Assembly: GCA_934148015.1 (NCBI GenBank)
Contig: CAKPCU010000004.1
Location: 10,800 to 74,799, forward strand
Length of the DNA stretch: 64,000 nucleotides
Origin: an uncultured Bacilli bacterium
Lineage (GTDB): Bacteria; Bacillota_I; Bacilli_A; RF39; UBA660
Direction: 5' to 3'
The translations under genes and the position numbers were made by a program. Within the stretch, counting starts at the first letter, position 1. Each line of letters starts with the position of its first letter. This document shows, in pieces, positions 50,404 through 59,447 of this stretch. The notes under the pieces were generated by a model, which saw only the letters and a program-made list of their open reading frames with translations, did no database searches and was not told the origin of the DNA.

Positions 50404-51375
50404 ATGGGAATATTTGATAAGATTAAAAATGTGTTTAAAAAAGAAGATAAATCCGTTGAAACATATGATAAGGGTTTATCTAAAACAAGAAAAAGTTTTG
50501 TTAATAAACTTGCTAATTTATCTAAAGAATATAATGAGATAAACGATAATTATTTTGAAGAATTAGAAGAATTACTTATTAATGCTGATATAGGTGTTAA
50601 TACCGTAATGAACTTTATGGATAAACTTCAAAAAAGAGTGTTAAAAGAAAAAATAACTGATCCTAATATGTTAACAGAAATAATAGTAGATGAATTATTT
50701 ATAATATATGTTAATGAAGATATCTTAATTAATAAGATTAATTATAATGATAATGGTCCAACTGTTCTTTTATTTGTTGGTGTAAATGGAGTTGGCAAAA
50801 CAACTACGATAGCAAAACTAGCTTCTAAATTTAAAGATGAAGGAAAAAAAGTTTTGTTAGTTGCAGCAGATACTTTTAGAGCAGGAGCTAAAGAACAATT
50901 AATATCTTGGGCTAAACGTATAGATTGCAGCGTTGTAAGTGATGATAAAACTTATGATCCTGCAAGCGTTGTATATCAAGGACTTGAAAAGGCTGTAAAT
51001 GATAAATATGATATGGTTTTAATTGATACTGCGGGACGTCTTCAAAATAAAGTTAATTTAATGAAAGAATTAGAAAAGATAAATAATGTTGCAAGTAAAA
51101 TAATTCCTGATGCACCACATGAAACTTTTTTAGTAATAGATGCAACAACGGGACAAAATGGTATTAGTCAAGCTAAATCTTTTAAGGAAATAACTAATTT
51201 AACAGGAATTATTTTAACAAAGTTAGATGGTACTGCAAAAGGTGGTATAGTTTTAGCAATAAAAGAAGAAGTTGGTGTTCCAGTTAGATATATTGGATTA
51301 GGTGAGAAAAAAGAGGATTTGCAAGTGTTTGATATAGAAAAATATATATATGGTTTATTTAAGGATATGATGTAA
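50404..51375 (+). CDS. ftsY: SRP receptor FtsY
   Basis: GVNGVGKTTTIAKLA, DTAGRL, TKLDGTAKGG. Confidence 0.95.
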   Translation: MGIFDKIKNVFKKEDKSVETYDKGLSKTRKSFVNKLANLSKEYNEINDNYFEELEELLINADIGVNTVMNFMDKLQKRVLKEKITDPNMLTEIIVDELFIIYVNEDILINKINYNDNGPTVLLFVGVNGVGKTTTIAKLASKFKDEGKKVLLVAADTFRAGAKEQLISWAKRIDCSVVSDDKTYDPASVVYQGLEKAVNDKYDMVLIDTAGRLQNKVNLMKELEKINNVASKIIPDAPHETFLVIDATTGQNGISQAKSFKEITNLTGIILTKLDGTAKGGIVLAIKEEVGVPVRYIGLGEKKEDLQVFDIEKYIYGLFKDMM

Positions 51376-51376
51376 T

Positions 51377-51688
51377 ATGGAAAGTAGACAAAGAATTATA
51401 ATTTTATATGATTATTATGGGGAATTATTAAGTGATGATAATAAAAAATATTTTGAAGACTATTATTTTGATAATTTATCATTAGGTGAGATTGCTGAAA
51501 ATAATTCTATTAGTAGAAATGCTATACATAAACATATAAAAAATGCTATAGAAAAATTAGAATTTTATGAAGAAAAACTTAAATTGTATGAAAAAGATAA
51601 GAAGATTGATGAATTAATAAAATGTATATCAAATGATGATGAGAAAGACATTGTAATTAAGTTTATAGAAAAGTATAAAATGATGTAA
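51377..51688 (+). CDS. ylxM: YlxM/UPF0122 putative DNA-binding protein
   Basis: LYDYYGELLSD..YYFDNLSLGEIAE..ISRNAIHKHIK. Immediately downstream of ftsY. Confidence 0.8.
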   Translation: MESRQRIIILYDYYGELLSDDNKKYFEDYYFDNLSLGEIAENNSISRNAIHKHIKNAIEKLEFYEEKLKLYEKDKKIDELIKCISNDDEKDIVIKFIEKYKMM

Positions 51689-51766
51689 ATTGTTGTAAAA
51701 AGTATATTAATAGAATAAATTTTATGATATAATATTATCGTAAGTTGAATAGAAAGGGTGTTATAT

Positions 51767-51994
51767 ATGGCAGAAGCAAAAAAAAATACTAGTTCAAAAA
51801 CTAAAAAGGTAAAAAGTACCAATCCAGTTGGAAGACCAAGAAAGAAACACGGTGCAGAAACGCTTTTAAGCAATAAAGATTCATTCAAGTTAAAAAAAGA
51901 TACTGTGTTTGATAGTGTTATTGATGCACTTATTTTATCTGTTATAATACTTGCAGAAGTATGTTTAATTGTTTATATGTTTGTTAATAAATAA
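51767..51994 (+). CDS. Small basic protein with AT-hook-like GRPRKK and C-terminal TM helix
   Basis: ATG 51767 follows AAAGGGTG. 75 aa. Confidence 0.45.
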   Translation: MAEAKKNTSSKTKKVKSTNPVGRPRKKHGAETLLSNKDSFKLKKDTVFDSVIDALILSVIILAEVCLIVYMFVNK

Positions 51995-52041
51995 AAAAGG
52001 GACTTGTTTAGTTCTTTTTTAAACAATTTTTAGGGGGTAAT

Positions 52042-52521
52042 ATGATTATAGATTTAACTAAGTTATTTAATAGTAATTTGTATAAAATAGATGTAAATGG
52101 TAAGATAGATGTAGATACATCACTTTTTAAGAATACTGATATCATTAGAATGTCTACGTTAGATGTTAGCGGGTTTATATCTTATGATGAAGAACTTCTT
52201 ATGTTAAATGTTAATGTTAAGGGTGATATGACTCTTCCTTGTAGTCGTACTTTAAAGGAAGTTAAAGTACCTATTAATATAGATATTGAAGAAGAAATAG
52301 ATGAAAATAATGAAAAAGTAGTAGAAATTGTGCAAAATAGGGTTGATATTTTTCCAATTATATGGCAATATATATTAATGGATATTCCTTTAAGAGTTCT
52401 TGCACCTGATGCACAAAATTCTATAAATGGTGGAGAAGGATGGCGTCTTATAGAAGAAGAGGACGATGAAAAGGAAGAAATTGATCCAAGGCTCATGGCT
52501 TTAAGTAAATTTAAAGAGTAA
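52042..52521 (+). CDS. yceD: YceD/DUF177 family protein
   Basis: Acidic ~160-aa protein with a CSRTL motif. Canonical position upstream of rpmF. Confidence 0.8.
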   Translation: MIIDLTKLFNSNLYKIDVNGKIDVDTSLFKNTDIIRMSTLDVSGFISYDEELLMLNVNVKGDMTLPCSRTLKEVKVPINIDIEEEIDENNEKVVEIVQNRVDIFPIIWQYILMDIPLRVLAPDAQNSINGGEGWRLIEEEDDEKEEIDPRLMALSKFKE

Positions 52522-52536
52522 GGAAGGAGTGATACT

Positions 52537-52743
52537 ATGTTAAAGTTAGATATACAATTATTTGCAGTTCCATTTAGAAAAGTAAGTAAGACTAGAAAAA
52601 GAATGCGTCGTACTCACTATAAAATAGAAGCAAATGGTACAGTTAAATGTCCAAAATGTGGTGAAGCTATAAGACCACATAGAGTATGCCCAAAATGTGG
52701 TAATTACAAAGGAAAAGAAGTAATAAAGAAAGAAGAAGCTTAA
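52537..52743 (+). CDS. rpmF: 50S ribosomal protein L32 with an N-terminal L27-type propeptide
   Basis: [10 protein letters not shown] + [35 protein letters not shown] 52537 lies 7 nt after AAGGAG, and there is no alternative start before AVPFRK. Confidence 0.93.
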   Translation: MLKLDIQLFAVPFRKVSKTRKRMRRTHYKIEANGTVKCPKCGEAIRPHRVCPKCGNYKGKEVIKKEEA

Positions 52744-52757
52744 TTAAGCTTTTTTTT
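52736..52757 (+). terminator. Rho-independent terminator after rpmF
   Basis: AAGCTT-AATT-AAGCTT followed by T7. Confidence 0.6.
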
Positions 52758-52799
52758 ATGCTATTATACGTGGTATACTTATTATAGGAGTTGGTTTAT

Positions 52800-53732
52800 A
52801 TGAAAAAGAAAAATAAGTCTATAACAAGTTTAATATTATTTATAGGTTTGTTAGTTTATTTATTTACTTCTAGTTCTTTTAGAACTTCTATTTCAAATGT
52901 AAAGGCAAATATTGATAATATATCTAATAAAAGAGATGAGACAAAAAAAGTAGTAAGTAATTCTGATACGTTAAAGGTTTACATAACTGATGTTGGACAA
53001 GCTGATTCTATATTAATTAGAGATGGTAATTATAATGCTTTAATTGATGCTGGTAATAACAGTGATGGAGAAAGATTAGTTAAATATTATAAAGAACTTG
53101 GAATAACGAATTTTAAGTATGTTTTTGCAAGCCACCCTCATGAAGATCATATAGGTGGTATGGATGATATAATTAATAATTTTGATATAGAAAACTTTTA
53201 TATGCCTGATAAATTGTCTACAACAAATACTTTTGAAGATATGTTAGATGCACTAGAAAGAAAGAATTTAAAATATATTGTTCCAAAAGTAAATGACAAG
53301 TTATCATTAAATAATAGTAATATAGACGTTATTTATGTAGGTAGTGATGTAACTGATATAAATGATAGTTCTATAGTACTTAAGTTAAATTATTTTTCTA
53401 ATTCATTTTTATTTACTGGTGATTTAGGTTCTAATAAAGAAAAGGAGATATTAAATAGTGGTGCTAATATAAAAGCTGATGTATTAAAAGTAGGTCATCA
53501 TGGTTCTAGTTATAGTACTGCATCTTCATTTTTAGACAAGGTAAATCCGTCTTTTGCAGTGATTAGTGTTGGAAAGGACAATATTTATAAGCATCCAGCA
53601 TCTTCTACCTTAGAAAAATTAAATAAAAGGGGAATAAAGGTTTATAGAACTGATTTAGATGGAACTATTTTATTTGAAAGTAATGGAAAGGATATAAGTG
53701 TAAGTACATTTGATACTTTAACTAATGGTTAA
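52800..53732 (+). CDS. Membrane-anchored MBL-fold hydrolase (ComEC C-terminal-domain-like)
   Basis: Signal anchor, then ASHPHEDHIGG and VGHHGS motifs. Confidence 0.8.
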   Translation: MKKKNKSITSLILFIGLLVYLFTSSSFRTSISNVKANIDNISNKRDETKKVVSNSDTLKVYITDVGQADSILIRDGNYNALIDAGNNSDGERLVKYYKELGITNFKYVFASHPHEDHIGGMDDIINNFDIENFYMPDKLSTTNTFEDMLDALERKNLKYIVPKVNDKLSLNNSNIDVIYVGSDVTDINDSSIVLKLNYFSNSFLFTGDLGSNKEKEILNSGANIKADVLKVGHHGSSYSTASSFLDKVNPSFAVISVGKDNIYKHPASSTLEKLNKRGIKVYRTDLDGTILFESNGKDISVSTFDTLTNG

Positions 53733-53736
53733 TATT

Positions 53737-53955
53737 ATGACATATACAGTTGATTTAATAGATAATGATATAATAAAACTTATAAATGATAAAGATGAAA
53801 GTATAGTATACATAAATAAAAATAGTCTTAACTTTGATGTAAAAGAAAATGATGTTCTATTATTTGATGGCATGGATTATGTTAAAGATGATAGTAAAAG
53901 AAAGGAAAAAATTGACAGAATTAGAAGAAAAATGGAAAGTCTTAAAAGTAAATAG
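53737..53955 (+). CDS. Small DUF3006-like protein
   Basis: About 70 aa, beta-rich N-terminus (..VDLIDNDIIKLI..ENDVLLFDG). Typical partner of ComEC-like MBL genes. Weak call. Confidence 0.4.
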   Translation: MTYTVDLIDNDIIKLINDKDESIVYINKNSLNFDVKENDVLLFDGMDYVKDDSKRKEKIDRIRRKMESLKSK

Positions 53956-54019
53956 GGCAATTTGTTGCATTTTGACTAAAATTTTAATATAATTGTTATG
54001 TTAAAGAAGGTGCTATGGT

Positions 54020-54619
54020 ATGGATTATGAATATGTAATTAAAAGAATGGAAAAATATGCTGATGAAAAAGGTATTCCTATAATGGAAGAAGAGGGTATT
54101 AATTTTTTAACTGAGTTTATTAGATTAAATAAAGTTAAGAACATTCTTGAAATTGGTAGTGCAATTGGTTATTCTGCAATAAGAATGGCACTAGTTGACA
54201 AAGACATTACCGTAACTACCATAGAAAGGGATAAAGATAGATACATAGAAGCTGTTAAAAACATTAAAAATTTAGAATTAGATGATAGAATAACGCTTAT
54301 ACTTACTGATGCTTTTGATTTTAAAGTTAAAGAAAAGTTTGATCTTATATTTATCGATGCTGCTAAAAGTCAGTATTTAAAATTCTTTAATAAATTTTCA
54401 CCTAATCTTACTAAGAAAGGTTATATAATTACTGATAATATTAAATTTCATGGGTTAACATTTTCAGATAAGACTAAGTTATCTAGAAATTTAAGAGGAC
54501 TTATTACTAAATTAGAAACATATATTTCTTTTTTAGAAAATAATAAAGACTTTAAAACAAGGTTTTTTGATATAGGAGATGGCATTGCTATATCAACTAG
54601 AAAGGATAGAAATGAATAA
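54020..54619 (+). CDS. trmR: Class I SAM-dependent O-methyltransferase (YrrM/TrmR-like)
   Basis: ILEIGSAIGYSAI SAM motif and IFIDAAK. Followed by two U32 genes as in the B. subtilis yrrM-yrrN-yrrO cluster. Confidence 0.7.
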   Translation: MDYEYVIKRMEKYADEKGIPIMEEEGINFLTEFIRLNKVKNILEIGSAIGYSAIRMALVDKDITVTTIERDKDRYIEAVKNIKNLELDDRITLILTDAFDFKVKEKFDLIFIDAAKSQYLKFFNKFSPNLTKKGYIITDNIKFHGLTFSDKTKLSRNLRGLITKLETYISFLENNKDFKTRFFDIGDGIAISTRKDRNE

Positions 54620-55442
54620 AAAAATAATACTTAAAATAAATGATCCTAATAATATGCAATACCCAGTTAATGGGTTTATTTTAGGTATAGATGATTTTTC
54701 AGTTGGTTTTAATAAGACAGTAGATGTTAGTAGTATAAAAAAAATAAGGAAAGAATATATTGATAAAGAAATTTTTGTAAGTTTAAATAGAGTTGTTTTT
54801 AATCATGAATTAGAAACTTACAAAAGTATTTTAAAAGAGTTAGATAATATAGGATTAGATGGAATAATAGCTGGTGATGTATCTATATTAACTTATAATC
54901 TTAAAACTAATATAATATTAGATCAGATGCATTTAAATAATAGTTATTTATCTATTAATCATTATTATAATAATGGTTGCTATGGTGCGTATTTAACTGA
55001 TGATATAACTTTATCTGAAATAAATGAAATAAAGAAAAATACTAAGGCTAAATTGTTTAAATTGGTATTTGGTTATAGTATATTATCTTTATCTAAAAGA
55101 AAGTTAGTTAGTAATTATAAAGAGTTTTTTAATAAAAATTATGATAGTAGTTCTTATTTTATTTGTGAAAATAATTCTAGTAATTATTACCCTATAGTAG
55201 AAAATAATTTTGGTACTATTATACTTTCTAGTAAGCCAATTAACTTACTTAGTATAATAGATACACTTGATGTAGATTATATGGTTATAGATGATTATAA
55301 AATTAATAAAGATATTAGTTATGTTATAGAAGCTTTTGTAAAGCAAGATAAATCTCTTAATAAAAAAATAGATGATGATTTTTTGTGTGATAGAGGTTTT
55401 ATTGATAAAGAAACAATATATAAGGTGAAATATGATGAATAA
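54612..55442 (+). CDS. U32-family protein (YrrN-like)
   Basis: Position and length match yrrN. The U32 core is diverged. Confidence 0.55.
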   Translation: MNKKIILKINDPNNMQYPVNGFILGIDDFSVGFNKTVDVSSIKKIRKEYIDKEIFVSLNRVVFNHELETYKSILKELDNIGLDGIIAGDVSILTYNLKTNIILDQMHLNNSYLSINHYYNNGCYGAYLTDDITLSEINEIKKNTKAKLFKLVFGYSILSLSKRKLVSNYKEFFNKNYDSSSYFICENNSSNYYPIVENNFGTIILSSKPINLLSIIDTLDVDYMVIDDYKINKDISYVIEAFVKQDKSLNKKIDDDFLCDRGFIDKETIYKVKYDE

Positions 55443-56652
55443 TGGTAGAAAAAAAGTAGAATTACTTGCACCAGCTGGAAGCTTAGAAAAGCTTAGATGG
55501 GCTATTTTATATGGTGCAGATGCAGTATATATTGGAGGATTAAATTATAGTTTAAGGGCTAATGCTAAGAATTTTTCTTTAGATGAAATAAAAGAGGGAG
55601 TATCTTTTGCTCATGAAAATAATTGTAAGGTATATGTAACTATTAATATAGTATTTCATAATGAAGATACTAAAGATTTATTATCTTACTTAAAACAGTT
55701 AGAGAAAATAGAAGTTGATGCAATAATAATTAGTGATCCTTTAGTAATAGATTTAGTTAAAAAGAATAATATTAAATTAGCACTTCACTTAAGTACTCAA
55801 GCTTCAGTACTTAATAAAGATGCTCTTAAGTATTATGAAAAATTAGGGGTAGAAAGAATTGTTTTGGCAAGAGAGTGTTCTAAAGCTGATATAGAAGATA
55901 TAATTAAAAATACTAATATGGAAATAGAATGTTTTATGCATGGTGCTATGTGTACTAATATATCTGGTAGATGTGTTTTATCTAATTATTTTACTAATCG
56001 TGATGCTAATAGAGGTGGATGCTGTCAGGTATGTAGATTTAACTTTAATTTATATGATAAAGATAAGAATAAATTATCGGTAGAAGATAACTTTTCTATA
56101 GCACCTAAAGATTTGTCTTTAGTAGAATATTTAAGTGATATGATAGATATTGGTGTTAAGTCTTTTAAGTTGGAAGGTAGAATGCGTTCTATATATTATA
56201 TTGCAACTGTAGTTAGTACTTATAGAAGATTAATTGATATGTATTTATCTGGTAAAATAGATGATAAGTATGTAAAAAAAGCAATAAAAATCTTATATAG
56301 ATGTTGTAATAGAAGTGTTGCACCTCAGTTTTATGAAAAAGAAGCAGGTAAAAATGAACAGTATTATATTGGAAGACAAGAAGATTCTAATCAAGACTTT
56401 TTAGGTGTTGTTATATGGTATGATAAATATTTAAAACAAGCTGTTATAGAGCAAAGAAACTTTTTTAAAGTTGGAGATAAGGTTACGATTTTTGGTCACA
56501 ATATAGAAGATTATTCATTTAATATTAATGAAATACTTGATGAAAATGGTGTATTAATTGATGCTGCAAGGCATCCAAGAGAATTTGTTAGAATAAATTG
56601 TGAAAGACCAGTTCCTATGAATTCAATTATGCGTGTCAACTTTTTAGATTGA
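55432..56652 (+). CDS. Peptidase U32 family protein (YrrO-like, tRNA ho5U-synthesis type)
   Basis: ELLAPAGS.., ECFMHGAMCTNISGRCVLSNY U32 signature. Confidence 0.8.
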   Translation: MMNNGRKKVELLAPAGSLEKLRWAILYGADAVYIGGLNYSLRANAKNFSLDEIKEGVSFAHENNCKVYVTINIVFHNEDTKDLLSYLKQLEKIEVDAIIISDPLVIDLVKKNNIKLALHLSTQASVLNKDALKYYEKLGVERIVLARECSKADIEDIIKNTNMEIECFMHGAMCTNISGRCVLSNYFTNRDANRGGCCQVCRFNFNLYDKDKNKLSVEDNFSIAPKDLSLVEYLSDMIDIGVKSFKLEGRMRSIYYIATVVSTYRRLIDMYLSGKIDDKYVKKAIKILYRCCNRSVAPQFYEKEAGKNEQYYIGRQEDSNQDFLGVVIWYDKYLKQAVIEQRNFFKVGDKVTIFGHNIEDYSFNINEILDENGVLIDAARHPREFVRINCERPVPMNSIMRVNFLD

Positions 56653-56709
56653 CAAAACTAAATTTTTGTAGTATTATTATAACCAGTTCAATTTACGAGG
56701 TGATTTAAT

Positions 56710-57180
56710 ATGAAAAAAGATCTTAAAGAAATATATTTAACTAGTGAAGGTTTTTTAAAGTTAGAGGAAGAATTAAATGAAGCTAAAACAGTTAAACGTC
56801 CTCAAATAATTAAAGACCTTAAAGAAGCTAGAGCACAAGGCGATTTATCTGAAAATGCTGAATATTCAGCTGCAAGAGATGCACAAGGTAAATTAGAAGC
56901 TAGAATAAAAGAAATAGAATATACTTTAGAGCATGCAACTATTATAGAAAATAATAATGATGGTAAGGTAAAAGTTGGTTCTGTTGTTACTATTTTATAT
57001 GATGATGAGGAGGAAGAAGAATATTCTATAGTAGGGACTAATGAAGCAGATCCTTTTGAAAATAAAATTTCTAATGAATCTCCTATAGCAGTAGCGGTAA
57101 TGGGAAGAAAAGAAGGGGATACTGTTTTAGTAGAAAGCCCTAATGGAAGTTTTTCTGTTAAGATAGTTAAGGTAGCATAA
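56710..57180 (+). CDS. greA: Transcription elongation factor GreA
   Basis: LTSEGFLKLEEEL..RPQI..AR.QGDLSENAEY. Confidence 0.95.
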   Translation: MKKDLKEIYLTSEGFLKLEEELNEAKTVKRPQIIKDLKEARAQGDLSENAEYSAARDAQGKLEARIKEIEYTLEHATIIENNNDGKVKVGSVVTILYDDEEEEEYSIVGTNEADPFENKISNESPIAVAVMGRKEGDTVLVESPNGSFSVKIVKVA

Positions 57181-57278
57181 CTTTTTGCTATCTTTTTAAA
57201 TACACATCTATATTAAATTAATACTTGTAAAAGAACTTTAAATAAGTTATAATACTAATGTTTTAGGAGGAATTAATA

Positions 57279-58544
57279 ATGGAAGAAAAGAAAGCTAAAA
57301 ACATCCATGAAGTAACTGTTACAATAGATGGTGATGAATGGAAAAAGAAATTAGATGAAACATTTAAGAAAGTAATTAAAACTGTTAAAATTGATGGCTT
57401 TAGACCTGGTAAAGCTCCAAGAGATGTTTATGAGAAAAAATATGGTAAGCAAGCTTTAGTTGTAGAAGCTGTTGATTCTTACATGAATGAAGCTTATAAA
57501 AAGGCACTAGATGATTTTAAAGGAGATATAAATGAAATTATTATGCAACCTTCTGTTAGTTTAGATAAAGCAGATACAGATGGTGTAACTTATAAGTTTA
57601 TATTTACTACTAAACCAGAGATTAAGTTTAACAAATATACTGATTTAAAAGTTAAAAAACCAAGTGTTAAGGTAACTGATAAAGACGTTGAAGAAGAAAT
57701 AGAAAAGTTAAAGAAAGAATATGCTGATTTATCTGTAAAAGACGGAAAAATAGAAAAAGGTGATACAGCTGTTATCGACTTTGAAGGTTTTGATGGAGAT
57801 AAAGCTTTTGAAGGTGGTAAGGGTGAAAATTACTCTCTTGAAATAGGCAGTAATTCATTTATACCAGGTTTTGAAGATGCACTAATTGGTCTTAAAGCCG
57901 GTGATAAAAAGGATGTAAAAGTTACATTCCCTAAAGATTATCATGCTGAAGAATTAAAGGGTAAACCTGTTACATTTAAAGTTTTAGTTCATGAAGTTAA
58001 AACTAAAGTATATCCAGAATTAAATGAAGAGTTCTTTAAAGATTTAGGATTAGATGATGTAAAAACATTAGATGATTTAAAAAAGACTATTAAAGATACT
58101 ATGACTAGTAGCAAAGAATTTGAAGCAGAAAATAAATATGTTGATGATTTATTTGAAGCACTTCTTAAAGAAACTAGTGTTGAAGTTCCTCATGAATTAG
58201 TTCATGAAGAAATAGATAGAATGATAAAACAATATGAAGAAAGATTAAAGATGCAAGGTGTTACATTAGACCAATTCTTTAAGTTTACTAATTCAAATAT
58301 TGAAGCTTTAGAAGCTCAAATGCATGAAGAAGCAGAAAAAAGAGTTAAATTGCGTTTTGCAATCGATGAAATAATTAAATTAGAAAAGATTAGCGTAACT
58401 GATGAAGAAGCAGAAAAAGATGCTATAGAAAAGGCTAAAAAACATAATATGGATAAAGATGAATATGTTAAAGCTTTTGGTGGATTAGATATGCTTAAAT
58501 ATGATTTAATGGTTAGTAAGGTAATTGAGATAATCAAGAAATAA
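57279..58544 (+). CDS. tig: Trigger factor
   Basis: GFRPGKAPR ribosome-binding motif and FKBP domain. Confidence 0.95.
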   Translation: MEEKKAKNIHEVTVTIDGDEWKKKLDETFKKVIKTVKIDGFRPGKAPRDVYEKKYGKQALVVEAVDSYMNEAYKKALDDFKGDINEIIMQPSVSLDKADTDGVTYKFIFTTKPEIKFNKYTDLKVKKPSVKVTDKDVEEEIEKLKKEYADLSVKDGKIEKGDTAVIDFEGFDGDKAFEGGKGENYSLEIGSNSFIPGFEDALIGLKAGDKKDVKVTFPKDYHAEELKGKPVTFKVLVHEVKTKVYPELNEEFFKDLGLDDVKTLDDLKKTIKDTMTSSKEFEAENKYVDDLFEALLKETSVEVPHELVHEEIDRMIKQYEERLKMQGVTLDQFFKFTNSNIEALEAQMHEEAEKRVKLRFAIDEIIKLEKISVTDEEAEKDAIEKAKKHNMDKDEYVKAFGGLDMLKYDLMVSKVIEIIKK

Positions 58545-58565
58545 CATCATTTTGATGTTTTTTTC
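58543..58565 (+). terminator. Rho-independent terminator after tig
   Basis: AACATC-ATTTT-GATGTT followed by a T run. Confidence 0.6.
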
Positions 58566-58616
58566 TTGCATTTTTTCTTATTCAATGGTAGCATATAAAC
58601 CTAATAGAGGTGTCTT

Positions 58617-59321
58617 ATGAAAAATAACTGGTTAAAGATAATTAATTTTGATAATAGTTTTAATTATTCATATGATAATTTAGCTATTGTACTTGATTTT
58701 TTCTTTAGAGATTTCATCTTTGTAGGATATGATAAAGATAATATTGTTGTAAGAAATATTTATTCTAATAAAGAATTTTTAGTAAAAAGAAATAATGATT
58801 TAAGAATTAAAGCTTCATTTAAAGATGCTGATGGTAAAAGAATAATAAATAGAAATCTTAAATTATATAGATATAATTATAAAGATATATCATTTAATCA
58901 AATGGGATTACAATTATTTTATAAAGATTCTGATAAGCTTAAACTTGATAAAACAACAATAAATTTAACCAAAAATAGAATGTGTTTGTGGGATTTACAA
59001 GTTGCTACTTTAGATCAAATAAAAAGAAAATCATCTTTGTCTGTCCATTCAGATATGTTTATTGATTATGATATAAATGCTAAATATAGATATCCTGATT
59101 TATCTTTCGGTTTAAATATATTTAGAAATAATAAAAATACAATTAAAAGCGAAGGATATTATAATGATGGAACTACATGTTTTGATGGATATAAAGTTAT
59201 TAATAATACCATTCCTATAACAGAGTTAGCTATTAGTGGTATGAATAATTTATATGAACATAAAAAGCATTTATTAGAGAGGAAAAGTGTTAATAAAACA
59301 AATAAAATTGGCTTTGTATAA
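58617..59321 (+). CDS. Hypothetical protein
   Basis: 234-aa ORF with RBS AGAGGTG. No recognisable motifs. Confidence 0.5.
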   Translation: MKNNWLKIINFDNSFNYSYDNLAIVLDFFFRDFIFVGYDKDNIVVRNIYSNKEFLVKRNNDLRIKASFKDADGKRIINRNLKLYRYNYKDISFNQMGLQLFYKDSDKLKLDKTTINLTKNRMCLWDLQVATLDQIKRKSSLSVHSDMFIDYDINAKYRYPDLSFGLNIFRNNKNTIKSEGYYNDGTTCFDGYKVINNTIPITELAISGMNNLYEHKKHLLERKSVNKTNKIGFV

Positions 59322-59381
59322 ACTACTTTTTTAAATGTAAAAATTTTCCAAAAATTACTTAAATTAAATTTCTTAAATTTC

Positions 59382-59409
59382 TTGACTTTTAAGATACATA
59401 GTTTATAAT
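59382..59409 (+). promoter_or_regulatory. SigA-type promoter of lon
   Basis: TTGACT-N16-TATAAT. Confidence 0.55.
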
Positions 59410-59447
59410 AAAAGATAAATTTTGTTAATTGCATATGGAGGTTTTTT

